DNA of 64,000 nt from contig OZ316893.1 of the NCBI GenBank assembly GCA_973895155.1, positions 2,934,430 to 2,998,429 of the forward strand, written 5' to 3'. Numbering within the stretch: the first letter of the stretch is position 1; every line of letters begins with the position of its first letter. Positions 47,401 to 59,682 of this stretch are shown piece by piece. Both the position numbers and the translations under genes were made by a program. This stretch comes from Marsupella aquatica. Taxonomy: Eukaryota > Plantae > Marchantiophyta. The notes beneath the pieces were generated by a model. It saw nothing but the letters and a program-made list of their open reading frames with translations. It ran no database searches and was not told the origin of the DNA.

Positions 47401-47927
47401 GAGAGGAAGACAGGAGAGACCAAAAGCAAATAAGGGGGCTGGGAAGAAGGAGCACATCCATAGAGAACCTTTTCACATTTTTAAGAACATTATTCACTTT
47501 TTTTAATAACCAGTGTCTACCAGATTTTGCTTTGGGGACACTGGAGGTTTATAGCATCTGATTTAGTGTTAGAGGGAATTTAAAAAACACAATGTGCCCC
47601 CACTGCTTGTAAAGCCACTTAATTACATATTGCATCTATAAGCTCGAGCTTAATTTTATTCTGTTGGCAACTGGACAGTTTATATGATGGAGGGGATGTA
47701 ACAAAATGTTTGAGAGTGTTGACATCGTTGGGAAGATGTATTGTTGGCACTCTCTCCAGTCATATGCCTTCTTGTAATAATTGCACATCCAAATAATACA
47801 GCCGGATAGGTAAAGCCGGGTACCTAAAAGGAACAACATTCACTAATATAAAAGCATAATCAGGTTTATTATGGTAGGTAAAAGTCATTCAATCCGGGAT
47901 TCAATCTGTGGACGTTTGCCACTTAGT

Positions 47928-48107
47928 ATTTGATGTACGTGTAATTCCAGTGTACATTTGATGTGCAATTCCAGTGGTGTATACTGTAGGATGCTGATAT
48001 TTGATGTGCAATTCCAGTGGTGTATACTGTAGGATGCTGATATTTATTGTGCAGTTCCAGTGATGTTTACTGTAGGATGCTGATACTTGATGTGCAATAA
48101 TTCCAGT
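47928..48107. repeat. 43-bp tandem repeat (3 copies plus partials)
   Basis: Unit atttgatgtgcaattccagtggtgtatactgtaggatgctgat. Confidence 0.92.
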
Positions 48108-50937
48108 CAGGCTAGTCATATGGTTCACTTTCCACATGAAATCCCTGACTGAGCGGAATATGTCCAAAACATTTTGCTCGTGACATAGATCCAAGTAAAT
48201 AATTATGTAGTACCTCGCATCTCACACTTCTGACCAAATTTCAGTACCTCCCCAAGGATGGTCGTCTGAGCTGTCAGAATAGCCGATACTTGGGAGAATC
48301 TTGGTCGAACCTTCTGCCGTCTTCACATCTTCCCGAACAGTCTTCAAAAACTTTGTAACAATTATTGTTCATTCCAATCGAATGATGGAATCCACTGGGC
48401 AGCTTTTACTTCACAGTTTTGGAAATATCGGACCACGTACTTAGCTTTATCTTAAACACCAACAGTCACCGAGGAGACGATGATTAAAACAATCCTAAAT
48501 TAAAGCGTGGTACAAAAACGGCGACAACATCATATGAACCTTTTGTTAAGTTCCTGTCTTCGTGAAAACGGGCCTAAGAAACTGTATCCATATGAATATC
48601 TGGCTGAGCCTTGACTTTGTGATGTAACCTAGAAAAGCCACCTTGTCAAAGTACCAATTAGAGGTACGATAGAGTTCGCTCCCCACAACAATGAAATTCT
48701 ACTGTAGATTTCACAAAAGGAAGGTTGTCAAGTCCAGAATCACGACTTTGCAGGGGACTATCTTATGTTTAATTCAGACATAATGATTTGGAAGAGAGAG
48801 CCAAAGTCAGAGACCCTCTTGCAATCTCGATATCCCTAATAATTGGTATCCAGAAAATTAATTGGTATCCGGAAAATGGTGGTCAGTGGCTGTTGTGGAG
48901 CAAGTGGCCTCAAGGAGTGATCAGAAACAGACATTGGCCAAATTGCATAATTACTCAGTTGAATATGAAAGTTGAGAGATCGAGGTAAACGACACACAGC
49001 GCATTGAGATAAATAGACATTTAAAGACAGTAAATAAAATAAAATCTTCATTCAATAAACAGTGTCAGTAGTATATCCCCTGATGCATGAGATCATAGTG
49101 AAGTCACTTGTCTTAGAACCTCGAGATCTACGTCTTCCTATTTATTTCAGGATCGAGGGAAGTAGGTAGTACGCTCATCGCTGTTGTGGGAGGCAGTAGA
49201 GGCTCAACTCCTGCTTATCTCTACATGATTGTAATAGTTGAGGTGATACGAATCTTTGTATTCCCTCCTGCCAAGAACTATTCAACCTCGAGCTTTGAGT
49301 TTGGCCAAATGCAATTCTGATGTGCAGAACTTGTAACGGATGCACACATCTCTCATGCAACACTGTAAAACATTGACCACTTGAATTGAATTCGTTTGGC
49401 TTTTCAGGGCAAAAAAACAAACAACTGCCAACTGTATAACTGATGTATAGGACGTTTCTGATGTATAGTTGGCTGTCGGAGAATGATGCAATTCAAGAAT
49501 AAGGTCTTACTAACAAACTTCAGCACTGTTCCAAGACAGCAGATCTAACTAGAGTTCCAACTTCCAACATTGGCTGTATATGCACATAGCAGTACATTCC
49601 TGAATTCACAAACATACTGGCAAATCTGCAAACATTAAATTGCATTTTACTCACGTTCAGCACGCAGCCTAATTGATAGCCATATCGTTGTTGTTTAACC
49701 CAAAAATCCCGAGTTGCTGAAAGACAAGCTGTCGTTCTTTACGAAGCTCAGAGCTTCCACAACATGAGGAAAATCCACCGGGAGGTATATTTCGTTCAAC
49801 ATATTCCATTGAGAGTTTAACATGTAGTCTGGGAACCTGTATGAATTGATGTAGTCTAGATTTTGAGTTCATGGGGGAGATTCAGTGGGAACGCATCTCC
49901 TTTCGCATATTCAGCGGACCTTTTCCGTGACTTTATTTGCAAAGACTAGACAAACAGCTGCATGGAAGACCTTCTTGTGATCAAAGATTAAGGGGTACTT
50001 GTGCAATGAAAGGAGTACTGACTGAAGTAGCCCCTTAATTTAATTTGTTTTATTTAATACCTTTAATTCATTTTCTTGTTTTTACAGGTTTGATGCTCAC
50101 CCTACTCTCACCCGAGCAACAATGATCTTGTCCACACAAATTTACGTGTCCATAGCTTGAGCAAAAAAACAACCCAGGAGAGAGATCCTACAGGCCAAAG
50201 GCCCGATATAGGGGAGAACACAAAGGGAAAAACTCTGGGAAGAGCAAAGATTTAAAAGCCCTGAGTGTTCTAGAACAGCAAAAGGAACTAAAGTCCTATT
50301 TTAATAGCAGTAAACTGAAAACTCTCATAGTTCCAGGTTTAAGAGTAAACCAAATAGGAGTGTCACAAAGAGAAATTTGTCTAGTGACCCTCCCAAAAAC
50401 CTTCACCCTCCAAAGAATAGTGAATGCCTAAGCCCTCTATAGTGCAATTGACACCCACGCCAATTGTGAGGTTTGTGTGATTTAGATCAATTTGTGGCAA
50501 TTCAATAGAACCAATTATGAGGTTTGGTTGATTTAGATCAATTTGTGGCAACTGAATAGAATGCCCCCAAAAAATGTAGCCAGACTTCACACTCCAACTC
50601 AAGATATGACTTCACTCAACTCAAACCAGATTTCACCCAGAAAGGACTGAGTACCTACAGCTAGTATTGTATCTGTATTTCAATCCAAAAGCACTGTATC
50701 CTCCTCCCACTGACTTTTTCAACACTCAATCACATTTCTTCACTACTCCTCAATACAGTCACTTTTGTTGGTGAATAAGTTACTTTAGTTTGTGAAAAAA
50801 TTTAATTAGTGGTGTCTGTTGGTGAATAAATGTTGTCATGGAACAAGGACCCCATATGGAAAAGCCAAGGCACGTCTGGAGTTTCTAATTGAACAATGAT
50901 ATTGTGAGATTAAATTTGGACCATATCCCTGACTAGA

Positions 50938-50977
50938 GGGGGGGAGGGGAGGGGAGGGGAGGGCAGGGGAGGCGGGG
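50938..50977 (+). other. Potential G-quadruplex-forming sequence
   Basis: GGGGGGG-A-GGGG-A-GGGG-A-GGGG-A-GGG-CA-GGGG-AGGC-GGGG. Confidence 0.75.
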
Positions 50978-51954
50978 TCTTTAAGAAAGATTTCCATGCA
51001 TTCTAATTCAAAGTGTCCCTGGGCATTCTATGGGAGTACAACAGCTGGGCATATTTGTCAATCGGCCATTATCTGTCAGCTTCTCTAGATCTGATCATCT
51101 GCATCGAGTAGATTTTCACCATCCAATAGACTCACAAGTTTATTTAGTGAGCGGATGTCAACATGTACTTGCTGATTGTCTTTTCTAGCTGTAGAGAGAG
51201 TGCCGCAGAACGCCTCCTCCTTCGTTTGAATTCTTTTCTCACCATGCGCCCCACCCTGTATTCTCAACAGGGTTTGCAGCTATCTCTTTGTTCACATCTC
51301 GTGCTCATTTGTGCTTTAGCTTGCATTGTTGACAATACTTTTGAGAATAGACAACAATACAAGGCCTATTGCACACCAGCCTGGTATCACCGTATCCAAC
51401 CCCGACATCAATACGGAACCAGCTTAGTATTGGAGTTTAATACCAATACAAAAATTGGTTCAGTCACGTGGCTCTAGGAAGGTTTTAAATGGCCAAAGAC
51501 ATGGCCTACTTTGCAGTGCTGACATGATGTTCTACTGAGGAGGTAGAGTTCTAGCCAAACAGGTTTTCCTCAGGTTAGTACGGTGGAAGTCTAGTAGCAG
51601 AGAAAAAAACATCTGGCACGTTATAAAACCACCACCAACCTACAAACAGGTCACCGAAATTGATTTTGAAAGCACCCTGAGGCGAAGCTAACCTAGTCAT
51701 GTACAGGAAAATTTCGTCTAAACAATCAAAAATCCACTTCTAATAAAGACAGCAAGCTGGGGTCCAGAAGGTGCAGCATGTTCCCCAAATTATAGACACG
51801 AGAATTACATATTCGAGTGGAAGGAATAAGAATTAGGCATCCTAATATGGCAAAAAGTTGGAAGAATTACAAGAGCATGGGTCCGGTCAATTGCACTCAT
51901 TCCATTTCAAAGGCATTAAATTTTAAATGCAACAGACCAAACTGTTTCTGTAAC

Positions 51955-54900
51955 TCATCGACCTTGTTGGAGCGTGTCAGTGCAATGCTTCTTGAATCTA
52001 TCACACTCATCCACTGCAAATTCACTGCACAAAGGAGAAAACGGGTTAGAAAATCATCGTGAAGTCACCTACCTGTTGGCAAAAAAGATCAAAGCAGATG
52101 AAGGTCTTCAAAAGGAATGCAACCAGGGAAATCCAAAGAGATATCTTACAATATCCTCTGAGCCATATGGTTAGCCTCCCATCGAGGGCTCCATGGGTAA
52201 TCAGGATAACGCAACAGTATAGGCTTTCCACGACCATCAAAATGCTGCCATGCAAATTGTATATGTTATTAGTATCAGATAAACACACGTAACTGTGAAT
52301 TTACATAATGAATTGGAAACACCACTGGAATACATGTGTACCTGCGAGCTTTGGAAAGTGAGAGTTGGCTGTTGCTTTGGGAAGTTAGTAGGCAATGAAA
52401 AATGTATCTGCAAAGAGATCGCATCTTGTTATCCACTGAAGAGCACTGGGAAGTAAGTAGCTGAACATGCACAAATATCTCCCATCTTGGTGCGCACACG
52501 GATCTTGCTCTTATTCCAGAAGAAGGTTACACAATGACAATTGAAGTAACCAAGCTAACGAAGAGCGCTCTTACCAGAAAACAAAACAACCCAGAAGTGG
52601 CTATTATCGAAAGTCTTCGAAAGAGCACCTGCCAGCACACATAACAGCATATTAGACATTGCTCTCAAATGTGAGACACACGGGCAAGAAGGCTATCTTA
52701 TGTCAAGATTACAGCTCTAAGGAATTCTTTCATGATCCGGTCCATTTTCTCTTTGAAACTTCCACTCCAATGTGTCACTTTCATATATAATTCAGAGCTA
52801 AGAGAAGTCACGACTTTGCGTATACCCGACCAAATTAAAGTGAATAATGAAATAGAACCCAAACTAGCAAGAAATACTCGCCCCCAAAAACAATTAAGGA
52901 TCACATACCGATTCCACTTCAAGGGGCCTGCCAAATATTTGTCCAATAGCTTCGACAAAGACTTTTCGTTGGCCAATAGAAGCGATGGCTTCCCGAACCT
53001 ATACAAATGGGCTCATAGTTCTTAGATTGGGTAATCAAGCTAAAATTTTACACCACTCAGCTCCGATTTCAACATTTCATAATGGCAGCGGAGTGGGACA
53101 ATTGGCGTTCAAGATTAACTGATAGGCATCTCTTCACAAATACTAACGACTAAATGGACGTTTTTTTCTGAAACCAGTCAAAGCCATTTATGCATCCAGA
53201 TAAAAACATCCGTATTTCCTGGAAGGAAGGAGAGAACATGATGAGACCTGTGCAGTTACGACATCTTGCACAATGGGAATATACTCCATCAAACACCTGT
53301 AAGCATCCAACGCCGAGAACCATGTTGGTGAAACGGCAAGGGATCTTTCAAAACTACAAAAGACTGAAGCAATCTATTGGTCCATGGGAACCGGAGCGAG
53401 CAATCCAAACAAAGTCCTACAAATACGAGCATTGACTGACGTTAAAGAAATAAATAAACACATATATAACAACATGATTACAACTTGCATCAATCTTGGA
53501 ACACCTTTTGTACATTTCTAGAGTCTGTCACGGAGGACTTAACCGCCGTACGTACACAGCGGATAGAATTGTAGCATGAATAGCGCCTTGAAAATCCACA
53601 AACACAGAAGACTCACATCCGATCTCCCCATGTAGGGAGCTTCAGATCATCCACGTCAAAGATATCTTTAAGCGCGAGTGGTGCATGTAGTTTCAACTGC
53701 GGTGCTGCTCCCCCTTGAAAGGCCTGAGACCTTTGAAGATTAAATGTCACCTATGCATAACAACACGCCAAGTCTAGGATTTGCATTAGTCAAACAAGGC
53801 CAAATAAAATAAAACATATGACAAAATACCGATGAATACAGATCCAGTGAGCCAAAATGATATCTAGAAACCAAGGATGACCAGAGTCACGAAACCGAGG
53901 GCACTTACTTGCAAGGAGATGCCACCCCAAAGTTTGGCTGCTGTTGTTCCCAAACGCCTCGATAAATAGCTTAAATCTATATCCAAAGGAAGGGCAAATT
54001 GCACCTCTTCGGACTGCCATCCGAGGAGGACAAATCATTACGCACTTGCTTAAAGACGAAAGTCCATGCAAGCGCATTGTGTCTTGGTTTCAATATAATG
54101 CAGTGGCAAGGAGGAAGAATGTAAATCCAAAAAAATGTCTCTGCACTGTGGCACCCCGGGATTGAGCATTTGCAGTTAGAACATACCCTTTCTGCTCGAG
54201 TAAATAACCGCATCTCCAGGCCCTGTAGAGAAAATACAGCAAATTGCACCAACAACACATCGTCATCCCACTCTTGCTGCAGGATGATTCAGCACCACGA
54301 GACCAAGGCACCATGTAGTCAAATGAAAACCAGCACTACGAGCCATATAAGCAAAGTTTCTTTTATCATGTGCATCAGTGTTCTTTAGTGGGACTGAGAG
54401 ATGACAGAGACCTTCCCAAACATTCCAATTACTAGCAACCTCCTGCGCAAAGAACACAACTAATTGGGTGCATAACAGCAAGGCAAGTATTTTCAGCTCA
54501 CCTCCATGGCACTGATTGTGCCGATTTCGAACTTGACTTGAGGATCCTCCAACACCTCGACCCTCTTCCTTTGATGTCGAAGATAGAGTGACCTGTGGAC
54601 GATCATCAGAGTAATCAAATATGCTATTATCCTGATAGAGCAGCCAATAATGTTCTTGTAATGTTACAGAAGCTCGAAATCCCATACATGTTCCAACACT
54701 CCAGGTGGACTTATATGTAGATAAACTAGTCTAAAACTAGGCTGTGTGATTAATATATTGAGGAACGACCAAAGTCAATTCAGAGCAGTTCCAGGGGCAA
54801 TGATGGGAGAAAAGTACTTCACAGGTGCTCAATATGATTCGAGGAGGAACAGAATCCATGAGTTTATCTATTCTAAACCTGCTTTCCAAGACAAATGGCA

Positions 54901-56648
54901 TCCTGCCAAGACAGTCCTTCTGGGAGTACAATAACTAGCATTCAACTCTCCCTCGAGATTTAAAATTTAAGGATAACCAACTTAAGCAGAGACCCATTTG
55001 TCATTATTTGCGAAAGTGCAATCCCTACAGTTCCAGTAAGTGACATCTATTTTCAAAAAGTCTCATAGATTTTTAATGACTCAAATTTGTTATGAAGATA
55101 AACAAACAAATGCCGTACCGTAGCTCCATCAACAAACGCAAAAGCCTTGAGGGGTCTCTTGGTGTCCATTCTCGCAAGAGCGCCCAGGTGGAAGAGGCTA
55201 CTTGCTCATCACCCACTGCTATGAGCGGCTGAAAATCTTGGTCATAAGGGCCGAAAACAAAATCTGGAGCGAGGTCTGAGTTTTGGGAGCTAAATAGCAC
55301 ATCCCCTGTGGCAAAAGCAAGGAGCACATTGAGCACTGTACAGAGTAGTGGGATGGTGTAGCAATGCATAAGTAATCTGTCAGTAATTAATCTCGAGCAC
55401 TCAGACAAAAATAATATCTCAAAATCCCTAATTGAGATGTTCAGAAAAGTTCCATGAATTCGCCCTCATCACGTTTAGGATACTCATCCTATTTGAGATT
55501 CTTGAATTTTGGTCCCATATTAAGATCAACTGGCCAAAATCCCAACAAAGAAATGGAACCAATTAAGAAATTGGACGCTTCAACAGAAATGAACCATGTG
55601 ACGGGAATTCCTTGCTCGTTGGGACCGCATGGGTTCCAAAACTCAGTTCATTTCTGTTGAAGCGCCTTAGTTTTGGGAATGAGGATGTGTGATTTGGGAA
55701 TGAGGATGTGTGACCAGTGGAGCAGGCTTTCATATTGAGACGCCTGCTTTGGAAATCTCGCTTGTTCCTGCCGAACTGGGTCAGTGATCAGCTACTTTGA
55801 CTGTTAGCACTCAGCCACTGCTACTACTCGTTCCCACAGCCCAATATCGGGAGAGCAATTCGATTCTCATGAACTGTTTGATAATTCTAATCTAACTCAT
55901 TAACTCGTTGACTATTCAGCCATGCAAAACAGTAATATCAAAGATCAACGATACTTGGGAAGTGAAAGAAGTAAAGTTTCCAGAGTGCTAACTAGACTGA
56001 CTCACACTTTACATGATCGAGGCAGCAGGGCACGAACACAGTAAAACGATCAAGGTACTGGGCGTTGCTATGCCCCTTCCGAATCTGTTCTATCTGTGCA
56101 ATTAAACAACATTCATCGTCTCATCAATCCGGCCCTCATGATCCAATAACAAATCAGGCTAATGTCATATTTGTCTTGAATTTCAAACTCTTGCTCTCAT
56201 TCCCAATTCGTTTCTATGGTCATGTTAGAGTTTGAGGACCATAATCTGGGGAATGTACGGCTGTAGCTGACCTTGCATAGCAAATAGAGAGCAACCAACC
56301 CTAAACTCTGAAAATACATCGTGCTGACATACCACGTACAAAAACTCCGAACATTCGTGGATTCAAGAGTTGCTTGAGGCATCTATTTGGAGTACGAAAT
56401 CAACCCTCAGTGTACGAAACCAACCCTCAGTGCACAATCAGTATAATAAGCTCACCCACAAAAAGGCTGAACGAAGAGCGGGTCTCTAGCGAATCAAGAA
56501 ACAACCGTATGGAGTGAATTACAAAGCCAGTCTTAGGCAGGTTGGGAATACACACCCGCAGGGGAATCGGAGAGTAAAGCTTCAGATATTCTAGCTGTGG
56601 CACCAAAGCAGGAAGAATTGGCACTCCTTTCATGTGGGTAGCTGTCAT
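51955..56648 (-). CDS. BRCC45: BRE/BRCC45 (BABAM2), subunit of the BRCA1-A and BRISC deubiquitinase complexes, 13 exons, about 385 aa
   Basis: Exons 56648-56556, 56093-56006, 55305-55119, 54592-54502, 54222-54187, 54013-53909, 53750-53617, 53296-53248, 52998-52909, 52628-52575, 52407-52342, 52244-52150 and 52024-51955. Motifs: LDRFTVFVPCCLDHVKWDVLF, APDFVFGP, KFEIGT, LKLPTW..MCLMEYIP, FGRPLE, FPKQQPTL and YPWSPRWE..MAQRI. Confidence 0.93.
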
Positions 56649-56845
56649 GCTCCTTCTCTGGATCCCTGTCTATCCCACCCACGCACACCAAACTGCACAG
56701 TACCACAAATTTCACTTCCGCTCCGCCTTCTGATGAGCTCACTTGCAGCAGAATGAACTTTTCCTGAGCTTGACGCACTGCAGACGAGCGATGCATTTAT
56801 CTCATCCTCTCTCCACCCAATTCCAACATCAGCTCCCTTCTCAAG

Positions 56846-56849
<4 letters not shown>

Positions 56850-56885
<36 letters not shown>
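56850..56885. repeat. (CT)n microsatellite in the BRCC45 5' region
   Basis: About 18 CT units. Confidence 0.95.
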
Positions 56886-56888
<3 letters not shown>

Positions 56889-58029
56889 ATCAACTGGGCA
56901 GCAATTTGGATCCAACTCCGCATTCAGAGCTCACAGGACAATGACGTTGATTACCTCCTCTGCCTCTCTTGCTAGAGGACTCTACCATGAATTGCTACGT
57001 TGTTACGGTCCAGCACAATACTATTTGTACCCTGAGAAGGAATTCCTGAGAGATGTTTCAGTCGCTCTCGACAAATTAATATTGTCGTCTAAAATGTTAC
57101 GTACTACACGAATGTCAACAGATTCAAGGTTAGCTCTACATTAGCAGTACTTGTTTACATTCTGGACCTGATTGTTCGTTTTTTTAATCTTTTTTTCTTT
57201 TCTTTCAAAAAGTGATAACACAATTAGCCCTATATATGTATATATCAGACTGACTGCTAAGAAACAAAAGGCGCCCAGCCTGGAGACATGTCCCACAGGC
57301 ATGAGACCCAATAAACACACACTAAACAAGGGACAAACCCAGGAAGACCAAAGAGCCAAAATGCCAATTCCCCAGTAAAGTCCCCAATATTCCTATGGGT
57401 AAACTCATGACCATCATATGTGTTGGTGCTTCTTTTGAAAAATTTTGCACCAAGACATTTACATCTATTCAGTTGCCAAATACTTTTTCATGCAAATCTT
57501 TCCTCATGTGCTGCATTTGTCATGTTGTGACACTTTTGGTCAAGAAAGACTCAAAAGTCATGCGTTGTTAAGCAAGTTTGCAGATAGATTCTTTTTGAAA
57601 ACATTGTGTAGAAATTGTGCTAAAACAGTCATGACCTTTGCGTATAGGTCTAATGCAAGAAAGAGAAAAGCCGAGATTTTTATACAGTATTGGGGTGTAA
57701 CCATTTTTGGTGGCCTCGAGTCACCACACATGGTCATGTTTGTGTGTTGCCACAAACACAGACATCCATGTGTGTGACCAAAACTGTTGACATTGCCGCA
57801 TGTGGAGCCGAAGAATTCAGGGGGCACTTCCACAAAGGTATCACAACCTTTGTCAACCAAAAAAATATGGCAATCTACTAAATTTGAGAAGGAAATAAGT
57901 ACAGATATGTGAAGTTGGTATTAATCACCAAGTTTGGTCAAAGTGATTTCAATAGACTAAATGAACATTTCTTGACACCCAAATTATAAGCTTAAAGCTT
58001 TTGGTCTAAATTAAAAAAATAAGGGTTCA

Positions 58030-58800
58030 AGGCTATCTTCTTTTTTCTTTTCAAGAAATGCACCACTCCCACAAACCTTGCAGCCCAGTCAGACCATGTC
58101 ACTAGTGACCAGAAAAAGATGATTGTTTACAAGGAAAATAGTTATCCAAATGAGGTAAGGTTTTTTTGAGTGCATCTGAGTTGTGCTGGTCTATCCAAGC
58201 ACTTTGTCAAAAGTTTAGGTCCATGGTGGCTTCAGTCATTTTCCTCTTTTTTCTTAGAATCCTTCCATACATGTTGTCAAATGATATGGACTATAGCCCA
58301 AAAGCCCATGCATTGCATAGTATTGCCAAAAGTAACTGATGCTGAGCAGAAGTGTGGAGGATAAGTGAGATGGCCAGGCAGTTTGATGCTGGAGGGAATC
58401 AACAAGTCGGCCTAGAAACTGGATTTCAAGAAGTGTGAGAGCTACGAGGAGAGTGGCAGGTTGGGCACGGAAAAGGTATACAATGGTACCTTTAGATCCA
58501 TTTCCGGATTTGAAAAACCTGTCACTATAATGTAACAACCATGGAGGCTCTGCCCCAGAATGAGGGTTTGTTAGACCATAAGCGAGAGCAGGATTGCATG
58601 TTGTAGTAGATGAGAACTTTGGTTTCTTCACACAAGAGAATGAAAACTATCCCAAATGCCCAGAAATTTATTCCAAATGCAGGTATCCCATGTGAGACAA
58701 TCCCATTTAGGAACAACAGCCAGTACAAAGGGGACTTCTCATAAGAGAAACGTGAGACAAGAACCAAATACTTTGATATCTTCCTGACTATTTTGTGGGC
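58030..58800 (-). mobile_element. Possible decayed LINE 3' fragment (zf-RVT-like)
   Basis: Broken-frame peptides LYWLLFLNGIVSHGIP...WAFG...LCEET / HLL / C..LW resemble the C-terminal zinc knuckle of LINE ORF2. An A-rich tract lies at about 58040 on the minus strand and the region is CpG-poor. Confidence 0.3.
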
Positions 58801-59682
58801 ATATAGTTCATTCGCTCCAAACTTTGATTTTAGACGAGAGACTTTTTTCCTGTTTCCTTAGCAAGCAAGGGAAAGTATCGTTGTATGTTAAAAACATTAG
58901 TGGCGATATAGGCATTTCCTCCTTCGTGTACTTAAAATACCTTTTAAGGAACATACTTATAATGAGTAGAGTCAAATAATCAATAGGGGTCTCAAATATG
59001 GGGCTGTCATGTGTGTTCCCGGGAGGTTACTTTTGCCCGTGAGGTGCCCTGCGGGCAAGTATAATGGGGGAAGGAATCTTTGTCACCGCAATTTTTTTAT
59101 GTCCGTAATGTGACACTCCGGGGGGGGAGAAAGTGACTACGGGAGTCTGTCCCCAGGTGTTTCTGAAATGCCGCGGTCAGAGTGTGCGGGCTAGCCTAAG
59201 GGTCTCCCGCACATTTTCAGGCAGTGTCCACCCGAACCTAACTCGGGCGGCTGCAAAACTCTCCCGGCCCGAATCTGAGTCCCCCTAATGGCTCTTTGGA
59301 GCTGACGGAACAACTCTGTTTGTACCATGCTTGACATCAGCAGTTCGATGTCCCAAACAGATACAGACACCGAACAACGGGAGCATTGATTCAAAAGAAA
59401 AGTGCTCTAAGTAAAACATAACATCTCTAGACAACGCGAACTTTGGATCAATAAAATTTTGACGACCATTTTGTCAAAAATTGCGGTCTAAGTTCTCCAC
59501 AATCAGTTTCATAATTTTTTACATGATAATACTCGTTACATCTACCACATTGTGCAAGAGTTGGTCCACCAAGTGAAGTCTGGGTGCACCTTCTCACTTT
59601 AACTAAGTTTGTGAATGGCGTTCCCTAGCGGACCTTTAAGCTCCAAGCAGCCGCAGGAGTCCTTAGACTGTTTTTACAAAAA

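Noticed and set aside
48200-51400. Possible additional exons (48247-48350, 51085-51255)
   Set aside because: No recognisable homology or consistent exon chain, and BRCC45 already ends normally at 51955.
32255-56648. DET1 and BRCC45 as a ubiquitin/DNA-damage gene cluster
   Set aside because: They are 13 kb apart with repeat-rich DNA between them and no sign of co-regulation, so adjacency is probably chance.
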